NCBI RefSeq assembly: GCF_009914755.1
Contig: NC_060936.1
Reading direction: 5' to 3' (one strand)
DNA from: the human T2T-CHM13v2.0 reference genome, Homo sapiens
Length of the DNA stretch: 64,000 bases
Below the pieces are notes generated by a model. It saw only the letters and a program-made list of their open reading frames with translations, did no database searches and was not told where the DNA came from. This document shows positions 47,630 to 60,190 of the stretch, in pieces (the stretch's first letter is position 1; each line of letters starts with the position of its first letter). Made by a program: the position numbers and the translations under genes.

Positions 47630-48547
47630 CAGCAGGTCCTTGAATAATGTCATTTCGTTCAATGTAGTTTTGTAATAATACTGATGAGGAAAAATAATCG
47701 CTTCCTGGCTGGGGCTGTTGTCTGTGTGGAGTTTACTCCTTCTCCCCTTGTCTGTGTGGATTTTCTCCAGGTATTCCAGTTTCCTTCCACACCCTGGAGC
47801 TGTGCACGTTAGGTGAATTGGTGTGTCTAGTTTGTCCATTCTGATTGTGTGTGTGTGAGTGTGTGAGTGAGTGTGCCCTGTGATGCAATGGTCTCCTGTC
47901 CAGGGTGGTTGCCTGCCTTGTGCCCTGAGAGGCTGGGAGAGGCTCTGGCCACCCATGGCACTGAACTGGAATAATTGGGTAAATAACTATCTTACTTGTT
48001 TTTATTAATCTTTCATAAATGTATGTATAACTCATTTTTATTTTATTTTATTTTTTTTGAGACAGGGTCTTGCTCTGTCGCTCAGGCTGCAGTGCAGTGC
48101 ATGATTGTGGCTCACTGCAACCTCGACTCCCCGAGCTCAAGTGATTGTCTCACCTCAGTCTCCCAAGTAGCTGGGACCACAGGCACGCGCCACGACACCC
48201 AGCTAATTGTTTTGTATTTTTTGTAGAGACGGTGTTTTGCCATGTTGCCCAGGCTGTTCTCGAATTCCTGGACTCAAGCCATCTGTCCACCTTGGCCTCC
48301 CAAAGTGTTGGGATTACAGGCATGAGCCACCATGCCAGGTCCCCTTTTATTTGAGTGTTTACTATTATAATTGCTTTTGTCTTTATTTAAAAGTTTGGTG
48401 ATGTTTTCGTGATCAGAAATATGCTGTAGGAATTTAACTCTGGTGTACATCAATTAGCCTATGTTCAAACTGATTTTGTTATATGTTGTTTTGCTTAAAG
48501 TCACAATTTCCAAGAAGCTATCAATGACGTTAAACAAGGACTTCCTG
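47630..48547 (+). mobile_element. MER6/MER6A-like TcMar-Tigger DNA transposon containing an AluJ
   Basis: TA|cagcaggtccttgaataatgtcatt ... aatgacgttaaacaaggacttcctg|TA: TIRs with TA TSD. Confidence 0.8.
48040..48340 (-). mobile_element. AluJ
   Basis: Reverse diverged dimer. Confidence 0.88.
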
Positions 48548-48550
48548 TAC

Positions 48551-49385
<835 letters not shown>

Positions 49386-49520
49386 ATAATGTCAAAAGGT
49401 ATCTATTCACTTTAAAAAACATGATCTTTTCTAAATGATTCAAAATTAAATGTTTTAAGCCAGCAAGATTTACTACTATGTTTAATCCACAATTTTATTT
49501 AGAAAAATTTAGTTAATCCA

Positions 49521-49813
<293 letters not shown>

Positions 49814-52500
49814 CCCAAATATTTTTAGAATTAAAATTATTCAAAGAATTTTTCTTAGAGTTGAATGAATCTATGTTGGTCATCTATGAGAAGGAAAATC
49901 AGTCAGAAGGAAATAGAAGAGGTTTGTAAATGCATCTATTTGCCACGACACTCTTAGGCTTATAGAATTAACTCTCCAAAGGGAAATTATAGAAGCCTCA
50001 TTGCCATAAAACCCAACTGTACAAAGACCTCAGCTAAGAACAGAGCTCAAAACTTAATAAACCCTTTCATCCAAAGATACAAGCTTTTCCAGATACCAAT
50101 TAACAAAATCTTGTACCATGGTATGAGCAGAGGGGTACACTCATTGCTGTTTAACAGATATTGAATTGGAACCCCCAAGAGCTCAGACAACCTGTCTGAG
50201 GTCATCTGGCGAGGCAGCTCCTGACTCGGGGTGAAGCTTAAGAGTTCTGCCTTCTGGCCCTGCCCTGCCTGACTCCAACCAACAAAGAACTCTCTGGCCC
50301 TAAACCAGACCAAGTAGGGGGAAGAAAATTCATGGTTTAACCAGTTTGCATTGGAACCAATGTGGTGTTAGAGGCCACACCAAGGGTGGGAACCAGTGGG
50401 TCGAATTCTAAATCCATCTCATTTCTCTACTTTTTCCCTCCCTACTTTGGACCAGTCCATTGCTGTCTTCGTTGAACTCTTTGTGGCTTGACAGAATATA
50501 TTATTGCATCCTTTTTGCATAAAGGAGAGATTCTTACAATTTCATTGGACTGTGGGACACTCAATCCTTCTAGATTGATTATGGTGATAAATTTGGAGAC
50601 TCCTGGAACCTGGGAGGGAATTACTGTCAGATCCAAAGCAACAGCAAATGGAAGATTTACCAAATACTGGGAGAAGTTTACCCTGGACTTTTGAGGAATA
50701 TTGTAGCCTTTAGATGTGTCAGGGGCTCCCCCTTGTCTGGACTGGGATTCCTGGTTGGCTTTGACTCCCAAGTGTGGAGGAACTGGTTAATTTAGATGTT
50801 GGATTCTATAATTAGAAGCAATCTTTTTCCTGGATGACATATGGTGAGATGTTCTAACCAATGTAGAAGGTGTCTATTATGCATTTCTTCTGCAGTTCTT
50901 ACAGTAATATTTGACTTATTTGGCAATTATTCATACATGGCAGACACAGCCATCTGAAACACAGCTGAAACCAGCAGGATGCAAAAAAGGCCTTTGGGTG
51001 GCCAACATGGACATCAAAAAATCTTCGAACTATTCTGTATCTCTTCAACACTATTCACTTTTATTTCAGGCATGACCTAGTAAGCTTAATTATGATCTAC
51101 AGCGGATTAGAACCAGCACATTAATGGGGCAGGGGGAAACTTTAGAAACAGAAGCTAGAAGTTAGCAGTTTTATGATGAGGGAGGAGACAGGAGAATTAT
51201 AAAAGCACAAATAAGAATGCAGAAAATGTAATGATTTGAGGTAAGAGCAAACAGCTCTCCAGAACTCATGAGTCCAAGAGTTCATTATTTTTCTTCATCG
51301 AAGTTAAATATTAGAGGTTGTAATTATTTCTTTTACAAACATATATTGGAAGCCTGGATACTGTACCTGGCACTGGGTATGTAATGACAGACATGGTCCT
51401 GCCCTAATAGAAGGTAATAAATTATGTTGAGTAAACTTTAGAAAAACGGAGAATAATATATTTAGAAAGATTTCCATAACAATTAAAAATGTTTAAATGA
51501 CTTCATTCCCCAAATCGTAAGCTCCAAGAATCTGAATCAATTATGTAGAACAGCTTATTTCCCACTAGACCTAATAAATGAGGCATTAATTATATTAGCA
51601 TGACATTGTTATTAGTTTTAAATGAAGAGCAGTAGACATATATGTTCTAGTCTGAAGACAGAGATGTCTGCTGTATTCTTTAATTATTACCAGCTCCTGT
51701 GACCTTACATATTTCAGCTCAATTAATGCAGCCAAGTGCCCCTGGGGTGAGGAGGCAGGGCACAAGCTCAAGAGCCTTTGGTGATTGGAGGTGACATATT
51801 CAAGGGAGGAGAAAGCAAAGACACAGAACAAGGGGGGCAAGGGGCCTTCCAATTTCTTTTCCTCTGTTTATGGGAGACCCTTATTACATTACGTTCTCTC
51901 GCCGCCCTCTGTCCCGGTTTCCCTTTCTCATGCATAGAAATAAAGGTCCAAAAGGAATAGATTTAACGGGCTTAGATCCGAGGGTGGAGCTGCCTGGGGA
52001 TGTGCTGTGCATTTAAAGTAAAACAAAACAAAATGCCTCTTGATTGCCAGGGCAGGAAATTTCTGCCCAACTGGAAGGGCTGGTTGCTGGAATGCAGGAG
52101 AGTCCTTGAGAGGACTTTCTGGAAGGCTGGGGGAGGTGTGGCTGTGGGAGAGCTCCTCCGGGCACCCACGCCTCCCTGCGGACTGGCTGAGGAGTGACTC
52201 AAGTACCACAGGGGTGTCAGGGCAGTGAGATGAGTCGGAGCCAGCCCAGGGATCCGGTCCGAATGTGACCACATTCTGGCAGGGTCATCTCAGTGTCATG
52301 GAACACTGTGTGCCCAGCAGGCCAAAGACGACTGAGTTGAACAACTAGTTTAGAGCAGGATCAGGACCCAAGCCAGTGTTCAGCCATGCAGGAGGCCTCT
52401 CCTCACTAGCCTACTCACACTACAACCTTTTCTGTGTATTTTTCTCATCACTTACCCTTAGTACCTAGCACAGCTCCTCGTATGAGGTAAGTGTTCACTA

Positions 52501-52557
52501 ATGAATGAATGGATGGATGGATGGATGGATGGACAGATGGATGGGTGGATGGATAGA
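52501..52557 (+). repeat. (GAAT)/(GGAT)n at an L2 end
   Basis: Tandem tetranucleotides after cctagcacag...aagtgttcacta. Confidence 0.85.
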
Positions 52558-53291
52558 TCGAGTAAGTTCTTTGTTATCCTCTTATAATATAACCAACTGC
52601 ATTTCTGAAACGACTTGCCATTCCTGATTTAAAACACACACCTCCCAAGAAATAAAGCAAACAACACCATCCTGACCTAGGACATTTCGCAAAGCTCAAG
52701 GAAATTAATCAGATGCTAAAATTGGGAGAAACTGGACAAATTACCTCCAAATTATTATTATCCACTACTTCACAAAAATTTCTGTAGAATGAAAATAAAT
52801 AGTTTTTTCCTTTCCTAGTAAACAGTTTGGTGGTTTCCTGTTATAATTTTATTTTCCTTTAGTGACGAAATGTATACTCAGAAGTTGATGGTTAAACAAG
52901 TTTTACGCTGAGGAGTGAGCAGTCTAATTATAATGAACACAAACAAGCATAACACACATACATGCTTCTCTCATCAAAATAACCTGCAGGCAGGGCCTCC
53001 ATTCTGTAGCTTCTGAGTACCTTTTAAGTATGGTGTCCAGGACGTCAGTCTGTTATGGAGGGAAGGACGGTGGCTTCGCCTCCTTGGAGCCTGACCTTTG
53101 AACCCACAGGTAAGCTGTAGCTGTCCTTCTCCACTGCTCTATGGACAGCACTGCTCAAAGTCCATCACAGAAGCCGGGCCACAAACTGCTACCAGTTACA
53201 ACCAGTTAAGGTGCTTGCACCAAAATGTAAACCAATGATGTCAGGAAGCACACTTTCAGATTCTATTGATTTTTTAGAATAAGGCTTTCTA

Positions 53292-53873
<582 letters not shown>

Positions 53874-54050
53874 TAATTGATTACATTCTGGCTCAAGCTC
53901 CTTGTTATGGAATAGACACCCCCTGAACACCACTGGACTGGACAACTTAGGAGGAGCCACACCAGACAGGGTCCCAAGGCCCTCCCAGCTGTGGCTGGTG
54001 AGACCACCAATGCAAATACTATGAGGAGGACCATAGTTTTTCTCCATGGA

Positions 54051-54318
54051 TTTTTTTTTTTAATGAGATGAGGTCTTGCTCTGTCACCCAGGCTGGAGTG
54101 CAATGATGCAATCATAGCTCACTGCAGCCTCAACCTCCTGGGCTCAAGGATCAGGGACTACAGGTACAGGTCACCATGCCCAGCTAACTTTTTAAATTTT
54201 TGGTAGAGACATGGTTTCACTATGTTGCCAGGCCTGGTCTTGAACTCCTGGCCTCAAGTGATCCTTTTGCCTGGGCCTCCCAAAGTGCTGAGATTACAGG
54301 CATGAACCACCACACCAT
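54051..54318 (-). mobile_element. AluJ with an internal deletion
   Basis: Reverse dimer missing ~30 nt of the right arm; ccatgga on both sides. Confidence 0.85.
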
Positions 54319-54689
54319 GGAAAATGTTTTTACACGAGTAAGCATTTACCTACCACTGGCTATATTGGCTTTCCTCGCAAACTCACCAATGGTGTTATCA
54401 TCATTGCCAGCCTCATAGCTTCATTTAGTAAATGCCCACCAGACAGTTTCCTTGACCTGTCTTCTTCTCAGTCCTCTTCTTCACCACCACCTACCTTCTT
54501 GTCTTTTCTCACTTCTATTTCTCTGTTCTGGTTAACTTAGTTTTTTGCAATCACTCCAGCTTCCCACTTTCTACCATTCACGGTGCCTGCTTCTACCAAT
54601 ATCACCCATATCACCCAAGGAAGATGCTCTTTTTCCCACTTGTAGTCACAAAATGGCCAGGGGCATGTATTTTTATTTTTTCATCTTTC

Positions 54690-54840
54690 TTTCTTCTTCT
54701 TCTTCTTCTTTTTTTTTTTTTTTTAGAGATGGAGTCTCACTATGTTGCCCAGGCTAGTCTCGAACTCCTGGCCTCAAGCAATCCTCTTGCCTCGGGTTCC
54801 CAAAGTGTTGGGATTGCAGAGGAGAACCACCATGGCTGGC
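54690..54840 (-). mobile_element. Alu left monomer with (CTT)n/T tail
   Basis: gagatggagtctcactatgttgcccaggct...cccaaagtgttgggatt. Confidence 0.8.
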
Positions 54841-55689
54841 TACTTTTGTCATCTTTCTTTCTGTTTAGGTGTCCACATCCTCTCTCTGAGGTTCTGTGAT
54901 ATTCAGATCTCCTGCCTCTGACTCCTCTGGGCCCTGGTTCTTAAAGACACCCCTGCCTTTGCCAGGAGTAGGTTTCCATGCTATGTTTCCCATTGCTGAG
55001 TCCTTCTTTCCCTTTCTACCTAGTTTCCTAAGTTGCTGACCCTGGCCTCTTGGTCCTCTCTTCTCTTCTGGGTTGCTATCAAGAAGCACCAGTGTTTTCT
55101 CAGTCTGAAAAGTTAGTAGGTTGATCCTTCCTGTCTCTGTCTTTCTTGTTCCATTCAGGGTCTTTGACACTGAGCCTTTCTGTTGGTTTGTACTCTCATA
55201 GTCAGCACGCTGAACCATAGATTTTTGCAGGAGCCAACCTCCCCCACTGGATTGACAGGGCTTTTTAAACACGGAACCCTTATTATCTAGCTAGTACCTG
55301 GCACCTGGTGTGTATTTTATAAATTCATTAGGCTGAGGACTGTACGGATCCATCCTCAGCTCCATGATTTCTTGTAAATGGACAAAGAAACTCTCAGACA
55401 GGCAGTAGTAGTGCTGCAGAGTTGTGTGGCCCTTGGCCAGTTGGACTCCAGGCAAGGTCTGTCTTCTGTCTCTAACCGGGTTTCTCCTTGATTGTCCCAA
55501 TATTTGCCCTGTCTTCTTTGGGGTCACCCTTGGCCCTTGCAGGACTTTGAGGACGCCTAAGGGCTAGATTGCAGACAGCAGTAGAATGGCTTCATGTAAC
55601 TGACTGTGGTGGAGAATTGGATCTGGAGGGATGGGAGGCTCTGACTTCTTCCCTTCTCATCCCAATGGTGGATACTCTGGATGGGGCAT

Positions 55690-57715
55690 TAACATCTCCA
55701 TGGAGCTGCTTGTCAGTGATTGGCACCACCACTCATTTGTCACCCAAGCCAGAAACCCAGGTGTCCCCTTAGATGGCCCCTTCTCCTCACCTGCTCATAT
55801 CCAATCCTTCATCTGGTCCTATATTGAATCCCTCATCCTGTCCTACATCCAATCCCTCATCTGGTCCTGCATCCAATCCCTCATCCGGTCCCACATCTAA
55901 TCCCTCATCCTGTCCCACATCCAATCCCTCATTCCATCTAGCATCCAATCCCTCATCCCGTCCTAAATCTAATCCCTCATCCGATCCTACATCCAATTCC
56001 TCATCCCGTCCCACATCCAATCCCTCATCCGACCCTACATCCAATTCCTCATCCTGTCCAGCATCCAATCCCTCATCCTGTCCCACATCCAATCCCTTAT
56101 CCCGTCCTACATCCATTCCCTCATCTGACCCTACATCCAATCCCTCATCCAGTCCTACATCCAATCCCTCATCCTGTCCAGCATCCAATCCCTCATCCTG
56201 TCCCACATCCAATCCCTCATCCCGTCCTACATCCAATCCCTCATCTGACCCTACATACAACCCTTCATCCAGTCCTACAGCCAATCCCTCATCCTGTCCA
56301 GCATCCAATCCCTCATCCTGTCCCACATCCAATCCCTCATCCCATCCAGCATCGGATCCCTCATCCCATCCTACATCTAATCCCTCATCCAATCCTACAT
56401 CCAATCCCTCATCTGGTCCCACATCCAATCCCTCATCCGACCCTACATCCAATTCCTCATCCTGTCCAGCATCCAATCCCTCATCCTGTCCCACATCCAA
56501 TCCCTTATCCCGTCCTACATCCAATCCCTTATCCCGTCCTACATCCAACCCCTCATCTGACCCTGCATCCAACCCTCATCCAGTCCTACATCCAATCCCT
56601 CACCCGGTCCCACATCTAATCCAACCCCTCATCCCATCCTACACCCAACCCCTCATCCCGTCCTACATCCAATCCCTCATCCCATCCTACACCCAGCCCC
56701 TGTGCCGTCCTACATTCAGTCCCTCATCCCGTCCTACATCCAATCCCTCATCCCGTCCTACGTCCAATCCCTCATCCCGTCCTACATCCAATCCCTTATC
56801 CCATCCTACATCCAATCCTTCATCCCATCCTACATCCAATCCCTCCCCTGATCCTACATCTAATCCCTCATCCGGTCCTACATCCAATCCCTCATCGAGT
56901 CCCACATCCAGTCCCTCATCCCGTCCTACATCAAATCCCTCATCCGATCCTACATTCAATCCCTCATCCAACCCTACATCCAATCCCTCATCCGGCCCTA
57001 CATCCAATTCCTAATCTGATCCCACATCTAATCCCTCATCTGCTCCTACATCCAATCCCTCATCTGCTCCTATGTCCAATCCCTCATCTGGTCCTATATC
57101 CAATCTCTCATCTGGTCCCACATCCAATCCCTCATCCAGTCCTATATCCAATCCCTCATCCTGTCCTACATCCAATCCCTCTTCTGGTCCTACATCCAAT
57201 CCCTCATTCAGTCCCACATCTAATCCCTCATCCCGCCCTACATCCAATCGCTCATCTGGCCCTACATCCAATCCCTCATCTGGTCCTACATCCAATCCCT
57301 CATCTGCTTCTACATCCAATCCCTCATCCCGTCCTACATCCAATCCCTCATCTCATCCTACAGCCAATCCCTCATCCCGTCCTACATCCAATCCCTCATC
57401 CGGTCCCACATCTAATCCCTCATCTGGTCCTACATCAATCCCTCATCCGGTCCCACATCTAATCCCTCATCTGTTCCTACATCAATCCCTCATCCGGTCC
57501 CACATCTAATCCCTCATCCAGTCTTCTCATCATAGGCCTTCAGGCCTACTTCGCTTCCCCCATTGCCGTTACTTGGTTCAGTGACTGGCAGCCCTCTGGT
57601 GCATGACCATAACAACTCTCTTCTCTCTGGGCTTCTTGCCTGTAGTTTGAACCCAGTGAATCCACTATCTCCACTATAGCTAGAGTGACCTTTCTAAAAG
57701 GCAGACCTGACCCTT
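55690..57715 (+). mobile_element. L2 element hosting the VNTR
   Basis: Left flank ggcaccaccactc...cccaagccagaaacccagg..tcccctt.gatgg.cccttctc; right flank ccactatagctagagtgacctttctaaaaggcagacctgacc; these are collinear L2 3'-region segments. Confidence 0.65.
55795..57520 (+). repeat. 24-bp VNTR (CATCCAATCCCTCATCCNGTCCYA), ~1.7 kb, about 70 units
   Basis: Directly visible tandem array; ORF track shows an 8-aa period (PTSNPSSx / DEGLDVGx). Confidence 0.97.
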
Positions 57716-57817
57716 AATGGTTTCTTGTCTTTTTCAGGTTAAAGGCCGAATTTCTTAGCCATTCTTGACTGCCACTTGCAGGACCTCATCACTCCTTGGT
57801 CTCCTGTTATGGGTGAT

Positions 57818-57920
57818 GCCTCCACTAAGTTCTGGCCGATGTGCTGTAAGCAGAAGTAACGTGTAGCACTTCCAGGAAATCTCTTTATAAGACAGTTGTC
57901 AGATGCCAGTTTTTTTCCCC
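57818..57920 (+). repeat. Inverted copy of 60005-60107
   Basis: Manual alignment: 10 mismatches over 91 nt (57818-57908) against the reverse complement of 60017-60107. Confidence 0.92.
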
Positions 57921-59729
57921 TTCCACTGCATTATTACTGCCAGGTTCATAGCCATTCTGAGGATTTCAGAAGGCTGATCTCTGGAGAACTGAGGGGTTCG
58001 AAAGATTGACTTCTCAGGAGCAGGGCTGAGAATGGAATGGGCCCTTAATACCTGACAGTTTCCCAAGCCCTGATGACACAAAGCCAGTGTAATTAATTCA
58101 GAACATAAGGCTTCTGATTCCATTACTGACTCATCATCAGTAGTGGCAGCAGCAGCAGAAGTCACTTAAGCTTCTTGTGATCATGGCACCGTGATGGGCA
58201 TCTTGCATGCTCCTGTCTGCTGACAATGGCACATATCTGCAGTGACGTGGGCCGCTTTGGAAAGTGAGTAGCTTGGGTTAGGTGTCTTCAGAGATGGGGT
58301 TGGATGACAGTTTGCAAAGGCTGTGGTAGAGGTACGCTGGGTGAAACAGCTTCCTTCAGATTCTGACTATGGTACAGCCAGTGGGAAACACTGGAATCAT
58401 TCAACTTTTCTTCCAACAAACATTTCTTGAACACTAATTGCGAGCTTGGCACTGTGCTAGGCCCAGAAGATCCCCAGGTAAATATCACCAGTTCCTGCCC
58501 TTCCGAAGCTCACAGCTGAGAAAAGGGAGACACTCCAAAAAGCCATCCCCGGATGCTGTGCAGAGGAGTCACGTCGTGTTCAGACTCAGTCCAAAGTCAG
58601 CACAGAAAAGGAGATGACAAACAGCCCAGAAAACTCCTCCCTCAAAAATCCCATAAATCGATTCTAAATAGCTTCCTTTGTTTTTAGCTAGAACCTCCTT
58701 TTAAAAAGTTTTTTATAAAAATGATGTATAAGGTTGATTTTTTAGAGGATGGGGAATAAAGAGATCTCTTTCTCTTTCTTTTCTTTTCTGTTTACTGAGC
58801 ATGCCCAGTTAAATTAATGCAACTTAAGCATGCATATGATGCAGCCCCTTGGCTGTCCCTAAAGATTGAAATTTACTTGAAGACAAAGTGCTTTGGAAGT
58901 GTAGAGGAGAAGTGGTCTAACTCTGCCTGAGGAAATTTTGGAAGGCAGGGGAGGTATTATTTGCACTGGTGGAAGTTTAAGAGCTTCCTAAACATGGGGA
59001 ACAGCATGAACGAAGGCTTGTTGCTCTGGAAGAACATGGCTGGTTCAGAGAATAAACTGGAGTTTACGTTTGGGGCAGTGATGGGGGCAGTGATGATGGC
59101 ATTGGAGACCATGCAGGGACCAAAAGCACACCCTATGATGGGCACAGCTGGAGGAAAGGGTGGTCAGGAACACTGTGTCCACTCCCTGCCAGCCCCACCC
59201 TCCAGCCTCTCTCCTCTTCCTTTGCCACTTCCCTCCACTGCCAACTACTTCCCGAAATGGCCAGATCTATCATTCTCCAACGCAATTGTGTTGTGTGGGC
59301 TCTGACTCGCTGAGTGTTGTTTTCTAGCTGAAGACACGTATGTGTTTCTGTTTCCTGAGCGTCTTTTATCTAAGGATCACCCAGTAATCTGGAGACGTCA
59401 AATTACTATTAATCTCTAGGTTGGTTCTAAATGTAGGTGGGTCTTATGTTTCTGTTTAATAGTTACACTGTGGCACAGCTGCCCCCAGGGAACCCTTGAA
59501 CCAGGATGGGGACTTGAATGATATTCCATTTTCTCCTTTGTCATTTAGACCATGAAATACACATCTTCAAGGACCATGGAAATATTGCCTCCACTTCCCT
59601 AGAAAGAAAGAGAAAGTGACTTCCATATTGAGACACCTCTGGAAAAAATTAAGGAAATGACAGTGGAATTTCTGAGCAAGAATTTATTTAAGATAACTTA
59701 CGTGTCCTACCTAAAGCCTGGAGAGATTT

Positions 59730-60190
59730 TTTTTATCAATTAGAATCAGATCAGGTCACATATAACAAAGAAACCAAAATAATAGTGTTATAGACAAAGT
59801 AGAAATTTATTTTCTTTTTAAATAAAAGAGGTCTAGAGATAAGCAGTCCAGGGCTGATATGATCATACAAACTGTCAGGGATTCAGATTTCAGTCTTAAC
59901 ACCCTTACCCTCTGCATGTGGCTTCTACCTAATAGTCTGAGGTGGCTGCTCAAACTCCAGCCATCACATCCACATTCTAAGCAGGAGAAAGAAGGAACAA
60001 TGAAGGAGGGGAAAAATGGCATCTGACAACTGACTTATAAAGAGATTTCCCGGAAGCACCACATGTTGCTTCTGCTTATAGCACATTGGCCAGAGCTTAG
60101 TGGAGGCTGGGAAATATTGTGATTTCTCCAGCTGCCATGATGAGAATAGAGAGAAACTGCAGTAGGCAACTAGCAGCCTCTGCCACAAAT
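59730..60190 (-). mobile_element. Old MaLR LTR (MLT1J/K-like)
   Basis: tggctgctcaaactccagccatcacatccacattc..agcagg; cattggccagagcttag; aggctgggaaat; gtaggcaactagcagcctctgccaca. Confidence 0.65.

Noticed and set aside
55773-57014. 413-aa mucin-like ORF as a real gene
   Set aside because: It lies within a 24-bp VNTR, has no signal peptide and has frameshifting indels inside the array; kept only as a low-interest check
55795-57520. CRISPR-like array
   Set aside because: Units are contiguous with no unique spacers, there are no cas genes, and the DNA is mammalian
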